Assembly (NCBI RefSeq): GCF_009914755.1
Contig: NC_060946.1
Reading direction: 5' to 3' (one strand)
Source: the human T2T-CHM13v2.0 reference genome, Homo sapiens
DNA: 64,000 nucleotides
Both the position numbers and the translations under genes were made by a program. The notes below the pieces were generated by a model. It worked only from the letters and a program-made list of their open reading frames with translations, was not told the origin of the DNA and searched no databases. Positions 39,363-55,161 of this stretch are shown piece by piece (positions within the stretch are counted from its first letter, which is position 1; every line of letters starts with the position of its first letter).

Positions 39363-39620
39363 TTAAGTTTTTTCATACAGGAGGAAAGAATTTGGGAAAG
39401 TAGGTGTGTGTGTGAGTGTTGGTTAGGGAGCCAACACATTTTTCTGCAAAGCTTGAATTCTGTGCCTCAGTTTTTCATTTTGTTATGTGCAAAATAAAAT
39501 CGTATCCTGCTATAGATTTAAACCTGTGAGCGGATCCTACTCAAAACCTGTTTCAAATTTTGTGTAGATCTTTGTCTCTCTATGGCATAAGAATAAATTC
39601 TTCTGGTTTTCTTCCCTCAG

Positions 39621-39929
39621 AAAAATGGACTTAGACTTCCCAGAAGCCTTCCAGAAGGAACTCACCTGCCTCATTTGCCTGAATTACCTCATAGACCCCA
39701 TCACTGAAGATTTCAACCAATATTCTTCTGAAGAATCTAGTGTCCATTGCCAGAAAAGCCAGTCTCTGGCAATTCCTGAGCTCTAATGAACAAATGTGCG
39801 GGATCCACAGGGAGACAAAGATGTTCTGTGATGTGGGCAAGAGCCTGCTCTGTTTTCTGTGTTCTAACTCTCAGGAACACTGGGGCACAGAAACACTGGC
39901 CCACTGAAGGGGCAGCTAAGGAACACTGT
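39621..39929 (+). pseudogene. TRIM43-like pseudo-exon (first coding exon: RING start, linker, B-box2), internally deleted and frameshifted
   Basis: Acceptor 'ttttcttccctcag' and ATG at 39625. Frame 1: [27 protein letters not shown]|EDF. Shifted frame: [55 protein letters not shown]. Shifted again: [16 protein letters not shown], then donor GTAAGT at 39930. Closely resembles the recalled TRIM43 N-terminus. Confidence 0.9.
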
Positions 39930-40234
39930 GTAAGTGATGACTCAGAGCACTTTGAAAGCTGGAGGGCAGCACAGGTAAAGAGATTAGGAGGAAGATGAAG
40001 AGCATGAGGATTAATCTATTCTTTAGAGAGTGTCATGTACTGCCTAGGTATCAGTGATATAACTGTTATCCTGCTATCAAATCTACTGATAAGTGGCTCA
40101 TTTAACGTATATGCACTCATCACAATGCAAGAAATCCTCTGACTGCTCCTACCATCGTGGCCCCTAGCCATGATAAGACTTGTCCCCACACTAGCAGAAA
40201 CTAATCGAGTCCCTATATTAGGGATAAGTGGCAT

Positions 40235-40346
40235 TTATATATATATATATATATAATTTTTATATATAATTTTTATATGATATATAAAATATAAATATTT
40301 ATACAATATATATTATATACATATATATACATACATATACATATAT

Positions 40347-40385
<39 letters not shown>
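40235..40385. repeat. (TA)n / (TACA)n microsatellite
   Basis: Long AT-alternating tract. Confidence 0.9.
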
Positions 40386-40387
<2 letters not shown>

Positions 40388-40573
40388 AATGCCAAAAATG
40401 TTTTGTCTTTGAAATAATCACAGTGCATTTGGAGAGACAAATGCATCTACAACCAGGCGACAACACTGAAAATAAAATTGTAGCAGTTTGAATAGGGGAT
40501 TAAATGAGTTAATTTTTTCCTGGGGTTCAAAAAAAGAAACAGCAGCAAAAAATGGTACTTAAGACTGAAAGTT

Positions 40574-40870
40574 GGCCATGTGCAGCTGCTCATGCCTGTA
40601 ATCTCAACATTTTGGGAGGCCAAGGTGGGCGGATAACCTGAGGTCAGGATTTCGAGAACAGCCTGGCCAACATGGCGAAACAACGTCATTACTAAAAATA
40701 CAAAAATTAGCTGGGCATGGTGGCAGGTGCCTGTAATCCCAGCTACTCATGAGGCTGAGGCAGGAGAATCTCTTGAACCCAGGAGGTAGAGTTTGCAGTT
40801 AGCCAAGATCACGCCATTGCTGCAGACTGGGTGACAAAAGCAAAACTCCATCTCAAAAAAAAAAAAAAAA
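40574..40870 (+). mobile_element. AluS
   Basis: Full dimer with poly-A; 'gaaagtt' on both flanks. Confidence 0.9.
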
Positions 40871-40989
40871 GAAAGTTCTGGGTTATGACACAGAACATAT
40901 GCAACATGAATATGTCATGGTTATGAACATGTAGACTACTCAAGATTGTGTATTTTAAAAATAATAGAATACTAGGTTAAAAAATTAGC

Positions 40990-41570
40990 ATCACAGAATG
41001 AAAAATAAGCCACAAACTAGCAGAAGATAATTGTAACACATAAAAACAAAGGATTAAATACAATGGTAATATAATGATAGCTATTCTTACAAAGTTGTTT
41101 CTATGTCTCAGGTACTATTCTGAACAACATATGTGCATCTTGAATGCGTGAAGACTTCCTATATAAGAAAAACACAAACAACAACATTTAAAATGAGCAA
41201 AAAACCCGAATAGGAATTTCACAGAAGAGAGAACATAAATGGTCCATAAACATAATAAAAGATGCTCAACTACAATTCTAATCAGGGAAATAAACATTAA
41301 AACCCCAAAGAGATACCACTTCATACTCTAGGAAAAACCTAAAAGGCTGTGAATATCTAGTTTCATTGAGGAAGAACAATGGGAAGACTATTCACTGCTG
41401 GTGAGGGTGTAGATTGGTACAACTGCTTTGGAGAACGGTATGATGCCACTCAATAGAGCTGAACACACACATGCCCAATGACCAAGCAATTCCACTCCAG
41501 GTACATACTGTAAAAATACTCCTGCACATGTAGAATAGGAGACACTGCATAACAAAGTTCACTACAACAT
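40990..41570 (+). mobile_element. Old L1M(E) ORF2 3' fragment
   Basis: 'aaaatgagcaaaaaacccgaataggaatttcacagaagag...attggtacaactgctttggag...gcaattccactccaggta'. Confidence 0.7.
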
Positions 41571-41801
41571 GAGGCTGAGGTGGGAAGATAGCTTGAGACC
41601 AGGAGTTCGAGGCTGCACCAGTAGCTGGGACTATAAGCATGTGCCACCGTGCCTGGCTAATTTTTTGCTGTTGTGGTTGTTGTTAGAGATGAGGTCTTCC
41701 TTTATTGAACAAGCTGGTCTCCAACTCCTGGCTTCAAGTGATCTTCCCACTTCTGCCTCCCAAAGTGCTGGGATTACAGGGGTGAGCCACCGTGCCCGGC
41801 C
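41570..41801 (-). mobile_element. AluJ with an internally inverted piece
   Basis: 41620-41801 is antisense up to 'cccagctact'; the next expected segment 'gaggctgaggtgggaagat...gaggctgca' lies on the plus strand at 41571-41617. Confidence 0.75.
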
Positions 41802-43829
41802 AAGTTCTGCTTCTTAATCTGAGGTAGATACTTTGATGTTTCATTTTCCTTTATTGTACAGATATACTTTATATTCTCATATGTGACACAAGTCAAAATT
41901 TAAAAAAAACAATTTAACGTTTATTCCCTTTAGATGAATGATGGGCAAATTTACATAATGAATTCATTACTGAAACAATGTATACATTTCAGACTAGGAA
42001 AGTAACTATTTATAAAAGAAAAGCTTAAAACCTGAAGCAGAAACAAAATCCTGAAACTGTAAAATTCAGTCAAACTAAAATTTAAAAAACAAAGTAATGA
42101 TATAAAGTATCATTTGTCCAAATGTGTTCTACAAAACGCTTTTTTCTTAAATATGTCTGATGAAAAACAGGTTCTAGGAGTAAAATATGTTTGAAAAATG
42201 CTGGGTTAAACAACTGAACCTATGAAGGAAGGAATAGAACGTCTCAAGCTCTTCACTCTGGAATCTTTTTTACACGGCAATTAACACCATGCTTCTTCTT
42301 GGATTTGTATTTCAGATAAACACAATCTGGGAAATATTTTATAATACAGAGGGCCACACCAGATTGAATATTGCCCCCAGGAATGAAATGAAAACAGGAA
42401 TGGATTCTCCAGTAAGAGGTACCCAGATATCCTAATCTTCAGTAGCTGACCTAAACCCTGGAAAAGTGGGATCAAACCCCATAACCAAATACAACTTTTT
42501 AGGAACTAAGTGGATAATCACTCTGTGTTGTATGAACATGTGGGCAGTGTGTTTCCTACACAGCTTAAAAGTGCAACAAAAAAAGATCTAGGTGTCATAT
42601 AATTTCTACCACTGTTAGGGTAATGGTGGACTGACAGGCAGAGGGTCTTAGATGTGACTTAAGTAAAGTTCAATAGAAGCTTCCAGCACACATATTCATG
42701 TTTCGAATTGGACAGCTCAGTTAAAAAGTTTTCCCATTAGACTTCCCCTAATCAAATTAGAAATGATCTAATTTTCTAATAAAGTTTTCCCCAGGCACAA
42801 GGAATCTGTGAACTGGACCTAAAAAATTCTTCATAATGTGCTTTTATTACCATAAAAGATGCACATTTATTTTAAAAACTTCTCTACACCACTATCATAA
42901 GCCTTTGCACACACTTATTTCTTTTGGAAGCTAACTTCTGAGTGGTAATGAAATACATTCTTAAGAAAAAAATCTGACACAATGCCTTTGCATCTTAAAA
43001 TATGTTAAAATATTATTTGAAAAGAGTCAAACATCTGTGTTTTCAGGGTATCACAGGGCGTCAAACTGGAAAATGTGGCACTGCCAGGAGTTTCTACCTG
43101 GTGAAGGGTGGCAGACTTTTCTCTTCAGAGGGCTCTTGACAGGGTAGTATCCATTATCTTGCCAATTTACCACAACCTAGGCCCAATCCTCAGTCTTATA
43201 GGTTCAGAAATTTATTTTTATCGGCATCAATAGGGTAGCTACATTGCTTAGAAGCAAACAAAAATAACCATGCTTCAATAGAAATCAGGGTATAGATGTA
43301 TTAATACAGAATGACAAATATAACTGTGACAGAAATAGGAATGCCTGTTTATGGTCATATATGGCCAATACTTTCATTACAGCCAAACTCATACATGCAG
43401 ACAAATAAGAGGCCTCTGGATACACAGGGAATCAGAATAAAAAAAGAAGAACTGAACATTTAATAGTCTTCTTTCATTCAATCAATAATTTTTTTTAATT
43501 AAGAAACTACTATGTCCAGGTAACCTTCTAGGTCCTGGGGATACAGAGGTCTCGGCTTACAGAAGTCATATGTAAGTAGCAGGTGAAGAGTATGTGTTTC
43601 ACAGAAGTTTATTACAATATATTAACAAGAGCAAAAAATTTTGGAAGCAATCTAAATGTTCAATAATAGAGCTCCAATTAAATAACAATAAATCCAAATA
43701 ATGAAAAATAATGCAGCCTGTTAAGAATAAGCACTTGCAAGCCGTAATTCATGACATGGGAAAATTATCATAGTGGAAAAAGAAGCAAGCTATATATAGT
43801 GCATGATCCTATACACATACATACATACA

Positions 43830-43860
<31 letters not shown>

Positions 43861-44289
43861 TTCCTATCCCTTTATATGCATAAGAAAACAAGCGGGAGGA
43901 AAGTGATATCTTTAGTCAAATCTTGTTTACTAACGTACTATTAATGATTATCTTTTCTTTTTCTTTATACCTTTTTGCATTTTTCAATTTCCTAAAATAG
44001 CCTTACATGCCTTTTATCACCAGGAGAAAAATTACTTCTAAAGTAATTTCAGTCAACATGCATACTAAGAACTCTTCAGATTTAACTGCTAGAAGCTGTG
44101 CATGAATGCCAGTCCTTGCATCTGTCTTGGAACTCACAGAGAGCTCTTTTCCCATGGCTTTAAGCAATACTCAAAAAGACTAGCATACCTGAATTTCCTA
44201 GTCCTATGTTTTTTTCATCCAACAGCCAGTCTTGTATTTCTAGCTGTTTTCTAAACATTTCAACCAAACCATTTTACAGATAACTCATA

Positions 44290-44605
44290 CAGTCATCCTT
44301 TGATATGCATGGCGAATTTGTTCCAGGATCCCCCTTGTATACCAAAATCCATGGATGCTCAAGTTACTGGTATAAAATAGTGTAGTATTTGCATATAACC
44401 TACACACATCCTCCTATATACTTTAAATAATCTCTAGATTACTTAATAGCACTTAATACGATGTAAATGCTATGTAAATAGTTGGTATACCATGTTGTTT
44501 TTTATTTGTATCATTTTTTATCATTGTATTGTTTTTTCTGACAATTTTGTTCCACAGTTGTTTGAATTGGTGGATGCAGAACCCATGAATATGGAGAGTC
44601 AATTG
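44290..44605 (+). mobile_element. MER2 (Tigger-derived DNA transposon MITE)
   Basis: TA|CAGTCATCC...'ataccaaaatccatggatgctcaagt...gcatataacctacacacatcctcc...ggatgcagaacccatgaatatggagag'. Confidence 0.85.
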
Positions 44606-44699
44606 CATTTCATTATGCTCAAAGGTAAATGTATAACTTTTTCCGCACAGCTAATCTTCTAGCAACCCCATTGCTGTCCATGGCAAGCAGGCTTAGTCA

Positions 44700-45430
44700 A
44701 TCTCGCCCTTTCCCGTTTCAGGTTCATTAAAAAACTCTTGTCAAAATCTCTTTCATCCCACCTTATTCTTCATTCTCACTTCCATCAGCATATCAGTCCA
44801 GGCCCTAGTAACATTAATGTTACTAATGGCACTGTTAGTAACATTAGTTACCAGCATTCAAGTGGGTCTTCCTGATGCCATTCTCTCCCATCCTGAAATC
44901 ACTGCTCTTTATATAGAACTTGTATGATGTCATTCATTGGCTTAAAAACGTTTAAAGCCTTCATTTTTCTACCACCCCAATCTAAATTTCTATGCCTGGC
45001 TTTTATTAAAACCCATAATTTGGCCCCACCCTAACTATTTAACTTTATTTTCCACTATTCGCCAGTCTCCACCCTCATCAACGAGAAGACATACCATAAT
45101 CCACCTCACCACTAACCCTTGGAATATCTAAACTTAAAAATGGTCCTTCCTTTCCCCTTTACTTGTATTTAAAGAACCTGACGAATTATTCCTCCTCTGC
45201 TAAACCTTTCACAATTTCTTCAACCTCATTTATGTTTCACATTTTCAGAACATATCTTGTCGTTTATTAGGAATCTCACAATTATTCACTCTCATGTAGA
45301 TAGATTTACAATCATGTATGTTGTCATCTTCTATTAAATTCCATACTCCTTGAAGGCAGGAGCCATGCCTTATTCTGTACTCAGAATGATGCAGAGCACA
45401 CAGAAAGTACTCAAACCTTGTTGACTGATC
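44700..45430 (+). mobile_element. L2 remnant
   Basis: Ends 'ctccttgaaggcaggagccatgcc...cacacagaaagtactcaaac...ttgttgactga'. Confidence 0.55.
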
Positions 45431-45997
45431 CAGTGAGAAATGACCAACTTCAGTTCCAGCCTCTCTTTAACATGTACATAGCAATTTGGGCAAGTCAAGC
45501 TCCATCCTGAAGGACATAATAGGGGACTCTTTTAAGCACATTATTATGAAGGCCCTTCAGGGATAACACCAGAGTGATGAGGTGCCCTATTCCAGGGATA
45601 ATGGAGACAGAGTTCTTGGGATTCATCACTGGGGTCCTCAAAGCATCTTCCAAGGGCATAATAAGGAAGGACTCAAACACCTTTGAATCTCTGTGAGACC
45701 AGGCATGATGTCTTTTGAAAGAGTTCTTTCACTGGAGTGAATGTCAAAGAGAAGTATAATAAAATAAAAGAAATGAGTAGGGTACCCCTTGTTCATAAAA
45801 TGACACTACCTAAATCACCCAATCTCACTGAGTCTTGGTTTAACTCAAGAGGTTCCATGCCACTATAAGAGGTGGTAACTGCCAACTGATAGGAAATATT
45901 TTCATATGCATAGTCATAGTGCCCCATATTTATGAACTTCTTAAGAGTTTTCAAAAAGCTTTCTATATACATTATCTTTTACTTTCTAACTTCTCTA

Positions 45998-46345
<348 letters not shown>

Positions 46346-48336
46346 TAAAGACTTTTGCAAGGACCATGTCCCACCCAGAATGGTGCCTGCCTTTCTACAG
46401 TTTTTCAGGAAGAGGAAACATTTTCTGCTTCTCTTGCTGAGGTTTTTTTTTAACCACCCATTAGGAACGTATAGATTTCAGTATCGAACACTGGGATTCC
46501 CTCAGCAGGAATCCCTCAGGAGGAAAATTGCAAACAGAGCTGAAAGTGCAATGTGGAAAGGTCAGGCTGAGGAAGGTTCTTAGCCAGTAGACCAAGGGCA
46601 GAAAGGACACTGCCTCCTCAGTCTCCCACTGGGGAACTTGTGATTCTTGTCCCCTGACCTCAGAATTCCTTGTCATGTTTGTTTTGTCTCCAAGGAAAGG
46701 GTTTGAATTACAAAATTTAAGGCTAGAGTGGGCCTCCTGCAGTTAACATTAATCCTCTCTCTCCTTCACTGGCCTAGGTGAAGTCCAGGACCATGTAGTT
46801 CTGACGTCCACTCTCTCGGGAGATCACCAGTTCACCCATCTCACCCGGTAAGCTGGGCCCTAGTTTGGCGACAGGCATCTTCCACCCACCTGGGAGGCAG
46901 GGTTCAACACTCTGCCTCTGACCTTTTTTCCTTCCTCTTCCACCTGCTTAGGCAGCCAGAAGGGGTTGTCTAGCCAGCACCTGAGCTTTGGCGCTCCTCA
47001 AGCAGGTGGAGGAAATTTCAGGCACCTGGCTCCTCAGGTGTCTGCCATCCAGCTGCTCTTCAGGCCTGCCCAGCAGAGCTCTCTTGATCCAGCTAGAACT
47101 GGCCAGAACTGACTCACTCAGGAATGTGTAGACTTTGGCATCATGGGCTGCTTTAATTTGCACAATTTCCAAATACCTTTTTCTTCTTTTTCTGATGAGT
47201 CATCTCCCTAGACTTGCATTTTAAAGAGATAGATAGTTATCAGGTTCCAGAGAAGACATGGTAGAACATTTATATCTCAAAGACACAGAGCTGAGACTTC
47301 AGGTTTAGATACTATAATTTGCCTAAACCAAAAAGGAATGTGTAGGTAAAGTTCTAGTCAAGAAAGGATGGCCAGGAAAAACACCTTAAACCAAGGGATG
47401 GCTTGCTTTGCTGATTTAAGCCAATGGCTTCTTTATCATAAGACTTCCCAGTGATTTAGTCCTCCCTCTCTTCCAGTGCACAGAGACATACCCCTCCTTA
47501 CAAATAAAAATATTCTTTATAGATGTAAACTTATTTTACAAAAATGTTTCAAAATAACCAGATGAAAATCATCCTTATGCCAGAAAGACTTGTTTTTTTT
47601 TTCATTACTAGAAATGAAACAGTAAGTATTTGTTGTATTGACATACTTAGGCTTAGACCTATGTTTAACAAGAAAGCCTAATAATAGCACTGTGGTTAGA
47701 CTGTAGCCTCTTTTTCCAAACCATCATTTTATTATTATGGAAAGAAAGGATCAAATACCTTTCATTCATCTCATATGATCCTTTAAAACACATTCCACTA
47801 ATAAGTCCCATTTGGAACAGCTGAAAATCTTTTAATAAGACTTTTTAAAGATGAGCTCATGGCTTAGTGTAAATTTCATAAGCTTAATTAGGTCAAATGG
47901 AAGGAACTCAGATGAGTAGTTGCCCAATCAGAGCCCATTATTTGTAAGTCATCAGCCTCCTTCATGACCTTAAAACTCCACTCTGACCTAATTATTGCAA
48001 ACTTATATACAACAAAGTGAAAGGATTAATTTTCATTCATCAACCTCTCAATCCCAGATTTTCAAAGAAAAAACCTATGTAAGGAATACTTACCAAAACC
48101 AGACAGGAAAATTAGAGCCTGCATACTTAAGAGTCAAATTTGTTCCACTACAGCCAGGTCACATACAATTACATCATTTTGTTCTTCATACACTCTGGAA
48201 CTGACCAGGACAGAGTTTAGCATAGAAAAACTGTAAGAAATAGGTTCCAAAACATAGAAATTGCAAAGTCCAAAAGGCTATGAAAAAAACTAATGTAAAT
48301 GAGAGACTCCCCTCCCTTTGTTTTAAAGAAATAGAC

Positions 48337-49095
48337 CCATCAGAGAAATGCAAATCAAAACCACAATGAGATACCATCTCACACCAGTTAGAATGGTGAT
48401 CATTAAAAAGTCAGGAAACAACAGGTGCTGGAGAGGATGTGGAGAAATAGGAACACTTTCACACTGTTGGTGGGGCTGTAAACTAGTTCAACCATTGTGG
48501 AAGTCAGTGTGGCCATTCCTCAGGGATCTAGAACTAGAAATACCATTTGACCCAGCCATCCCAGTACTGGGCATATACCCAAAGGATTATAAATCATGTT
48601 GCTATAAAGACACATGCACACGTATGTTTATTGCGGCACTATTCACAATAGCAAAGACTTGGAACCAACACAAATGTCCAAAAATGATAGACTGGATTAA
48701 GAAAATGTGGCACATATACACCATGGAATACTATGCAGCCATAAAAAATGATGAGTTCATGTCCTTTGTATGGACATGGATGAAGCTGGAAACAATCATT
48801 CTCAGCAAACTATCGCAAGGACAAAAAACCAAACACCGCATGTTCTCACTCATAGGTGGGAATTGAACAATGAGAACACTTGGACACAGGAAGGGGAACA
48901 TCACACACCAGGGCCTGTTGTGGGGTGGGGGGAGGGGGGAGGGATAGCATTAGGAGATATGCCTAATATAAATGATGAGTTAATGGGTGCAGCCCACCAA
49001 CATAGCACATGTATACATATGCAACAAACCTGCACATTGTGCATGTGTACCCTAGAATTTAAAGTATAATAAAAAAATTAAAAAAGAAAAAAAGA
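48337..49095 (+). mobile_element. 5'-truncated L1PA (about PA4/PA5)
   Basis: ORF 48348..48866 is the ORF2 C-terminus; 3' UTR and A tail follow; 11-bp TSD aaagaaataga at 48325-48335 and 49091-49101. Confidence 0.95.
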
Positions 49096-51949
49096 AATAG
49101 ATGTTCTATAAAAATATACACAATTTTTACAGACAAATACATTTATAAGTTGTTTTTATCTTAAAAATTGGGGATATTTCATATTTATAACTAATTATTG
49201 AGCCTTAAGTTTTCTTGGCCATTTCTAGGCTAATAAACTAAGAATCATGTAAACTAAGGCAAAGTAGAATAGACATAAAAGTCCTGAACACTTCAACTTC
49301 CTATCCTTCAAGAAGTATACCTCGCAAAGCTCATTTGAGAGAGGAAAAGCTTTCTTCCACCCTCTGTTTTACAGCGCTGAGGCTTCTCGTCACATTTCTA
49401 TGACTTGTAGCTTAAATCCATGTTACATGGTCACTGGTATTGTTAGTGCTTCTCTTTTAACACTGTAGGAATTAATCAATTTGGTGGCATATTTAATTAA
49501 TTCTATCACTAGAGGATTGTAAAATTACATATATGAATACCTCACTTTAAAGGCCACTTAATTTTTTTCCAAGGGGATATTTGACTATATTTCACTTGTA
49601 TCTTATTTAATGATTTTATAATTTAAACCCTAAGTTATAAATCTAGAATTTAGAGAGTATATTTCCTCACTGGATTACATTTTTGGAAATATTATTTTAT
49701 ATGTGCACAAATATTACAAAATCACTGTAGACACCTGAAAACTATATTATCTTTTAAAGGCAATATTCTACATTAAACTGGTATAACAAAATTGTTTGTT
49801 GCATTTTTTCCAGTACATTTTGTATATATTACATGTTTAACCTTTTTTTATCCAGCACATAATTTTTGAGTACTAAGTGCTAGGTTCTGCATTACTAACT
49901 GAATTTAAAGAGTGAAATAACAGACATGGTCTCAGACAATAAAAATTAACATTAGGTCACCTATTTATATATTTTTAAATGGTAATTATGAAAACTTTTT
50001 GAGATTTTTAACTAGATAACATTATAATAACACACTTGATATTGTTAATATTTGCCAGTGAGCAAAAAAGAAAATAAAAAGATGGTTTTATTCAATATAC
50101 ACCTTAAAATTGCAGGAAATAGTCAAGTTTCTCTGCTTTGCAGTTGAATGTCTATGTGTTTTTCTCTGCAACTTGGCTTTTGTGGAGTGAGAAACAATTA
50201 TTCTTCCAGCCCAATGAAGGCAGAAGAGTAACAATAAATCTAATATTTTAAATGCTTATCAAAAAATAGTAAACATATTATTTCAGAATACTGATATCAA
50301 TAAGTTGACCTACAAAAAAAGCCAAACTGACAGTATTACTGAATAAGGAAAGGCCCAAAGAGACAAAATACTTTTTATTTTGTAATCTCGGTATGACACA
50401 ACTTACCCTAACTATAAAGACCCTAAATTACCAACATGGGTGCTTATAATATGGAGAGTTAAAAAAGTCATTTCACTTTTAGCTTTTTTATTTCTCTCAG
50501 AATAAAAAGTGTATAAGGAGTTTATAAAGAAGTTGATACTATAAGTTAGTACTACAATGACAGCACTTTTCAAGAAAAGACTTTTTTCTCTCTTACAAAT
50601 ATCATGTTAGCAGTATTTGTTTTCTCCAGAAATAATGAGGAAATAAAAACATAAGTATGTGGGTAATTAGTGTAGTTTCTTAAAGAAATGAGTTAGGCAA
50701 CAGGCTAATAATGTATACTTCGCTGGCTTTTGAATGCCAACAATCATATTCTTTATAAGGCACAGAGATTTTTCTAAAGAATAAGTATGTGAACCTGAAA
50801 AGTAATCACCACTTGGTAGTGACAATATGGATAGGGTGAAGGGCGTCACCAAGAAGCAATGAAAAGATACATTTGCAGTTAAATTTGAAAACCATGATGT
50901 TTAATACATATAGTAATAAAGAATACTTTCTCCTGTTTCAAAATTATTTTAGAATTTAAGATAGAAGCTAAAATACCTAGGGATAATGATATGACTATTA
51001 AAAATTAAAGGACATTTTGAGTATTAGAAGAATGAAAACTTATTACCCAATGCACAGGGATAATTCATTATGCTCCATATCCATTGAATTAAAAGACAGG
51101 CCCATTACCTGGATAATTTGAAAGTTTAATTTTATTTAAAAGTTTTGTTTCATTCATCAAGCTAAAGGAATTAGCTCCCAGAAATATTCTATGATTGCAT
51201 ATCTGCAACTCTGTAGGAAGTATAGAAAGAATGTTATAAGGGCCACCATCTAAACATTATTATGTAAATAATTTAGTACCATTCCATTTGCCTTTGTAGA
51301 ATTAAAAATGTAAATGGCTTTCTCATATTAGGAAACAGCACTTTTCAAAACCCAGATAAACATAGTATATTGCAAGAGAATAATTATTTTCTTTATTAAA
51401 AAAGAAATACTGGATGCTAAGTCCAAAAGACATAAATTATTTTATACTAATAACTACTAATATTTTATTCATTAAAATATAAAGGTCAAAGATTTCAAAA
51501 GATCTTTAAATGATTAATAACATGTTGATCTTTTTCTTCTTTCTGTAAACCTTTTTGAGTCTTCACAATACTAAACTATACAAGCAATATTAAATAGTAT
51601 ATAAACTTGGATTAAAATATTCAAATTTACTAGAATGTGGACATTGGAAAGAATGAAAATAAACAGAAGCATGAAGCAGCAGATATAAAATTAAGAAAGT
51701 AACTAAGAGTGTTTAAAGTACATATTCATCTGTGGTCTAATGTCTACCATAAACAATGACTCTTCTCAGTAAAACACAAATTGTTCATGAAGGGAAAAAG
51801 CATGTTGTATTAGAGAATATTCAACATATTTTTTTTAGTACTAACTTGTGCCTGGAGTATTATTGGTTTTTCTATTATGAACTTATGCACTTGATAATTT
51901 TTTTCATCAAAATTGTATGTACAATTCCATTCAGAAGCAGTTTTTGGTG

Positions 51950-52248
51950 GGTTTTTTTTTTGAGACAGAGTTTTGCTCTTTTCACCCAGGCTGGAGTGCA
52001 ATGGTGCGAATTTGCCTCACAGCAACCTAACAACTTTTTCCTCCCAGGTTCAGGTGATTCTCTTGCCTCAGCCTCTCGAGTGGTTAGGACTACAAGCATG
52101 CACCACCATGCCTGGCTAATTTTGTGTTTTTAGTAGAGACATGGTTTTGCCATGTTGACCAGGCTGGTCTTGAACTCCTGACCTGAGGTAATCCGCCCAC
52201 CTTGGCCTCCCAAAGTGCTGGATATGGGCAAAAGCCACCATACCTGGC
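51950..52248 (-). mobile_element. AluS
   Basis: Antisense dimer; 'aagcagtttt' on both flanks. Confidence 0.88.
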
Positions 52249-52593
52249 CTCAAAAGCAGTTTTTAAAAGCAAACACAATATAACACCAAAGTTGAAAAAT
52301 CTATGCTCACCCAAGGATGCCAGGTTTAATAAATTATTGATAGAATACTACATCAAAAATAAGACAATAACCAAAAATATACCATTAAAGATGTATCCAC
52401 TCCTACAACTAGAGATAATTAATCTATCGGGTAGCAGATGATACTTCAATCAGTTTCAGCATGTCTGAAATCTTTAAGGACAAAAGTGATAAAACATGAC
52501 TTCATTCTTCATTAGACTCTTAGAACACTTGAAGGAAAATAATTTCTGAAGCACGAAGAGGTAAAGAGGTGTAATCTTTCAAAAAGATATTCA

Positions 52594-52915
<322 letters not shown>

Positions 52916-53454
52916 GAGTGTAATATCGGTATGCACAGACAATATACTGAATGAAACAAATAGAATAATTTGAAGAGGTATCTTGATGAACAAGGAGTCA
53001 TTAGAAAGGTTGTATTCATGTCTTTGAAGGAAATTGCAATGTGAGAAATTAATACTTTGACTACTAAAAGTTTATTGCTAACATGTATTGAGTTATTAAC
53101 GTGTGTTAGGCAGAGTACCATATAATTTACAAGTGTTATCTCATTTATTGTAGGTAAAATGTAATTTCGAACTCTGGGAGTATAAATGAATTAGATAGAA
53201 TAAAATTCTATTTAAATGGTCATCAGTAAATCGGTATCTAGGAACAGGGTGATACAGTGCCCAAGTTTTCTATTCTTACTAAATGTTGTGTTTCATTTTC
53301 AATGTTTTCTTGGATATTGCTCTTTTTTGGTGATTTTGATTTTTTTTTATTTTAGAAAACTAATAAATTGACTCTTCTTGGTACTGACTCGGGTTTTATA
53401 GAATAAAAAGCAATTAAATTCTGTATATTTACCTTTACCTCATCTTTCCTCTTT

Positions 53455-55160
<1,706 letters not shown>

Positions 55161-55161
55161 T

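Noticed and set aside
42215-45700. Minus-strand exon-like segments (~42220-42450, 43098-43176, 44138-44188, 45495-45680)
   Set aside because: AG/GT-like ends occur, but translations have stops or match no protein I recognise; considered SLC9B1, KMT2C and GXYLT1 paralogs without a convincing match.
48348-48866. 172-aa ORF (also 53962..54462 and 54531..54878)
   Set aside because: L1 ORF2 C-terminal fragments of truncated elements with no promoter, EN or RT domain.
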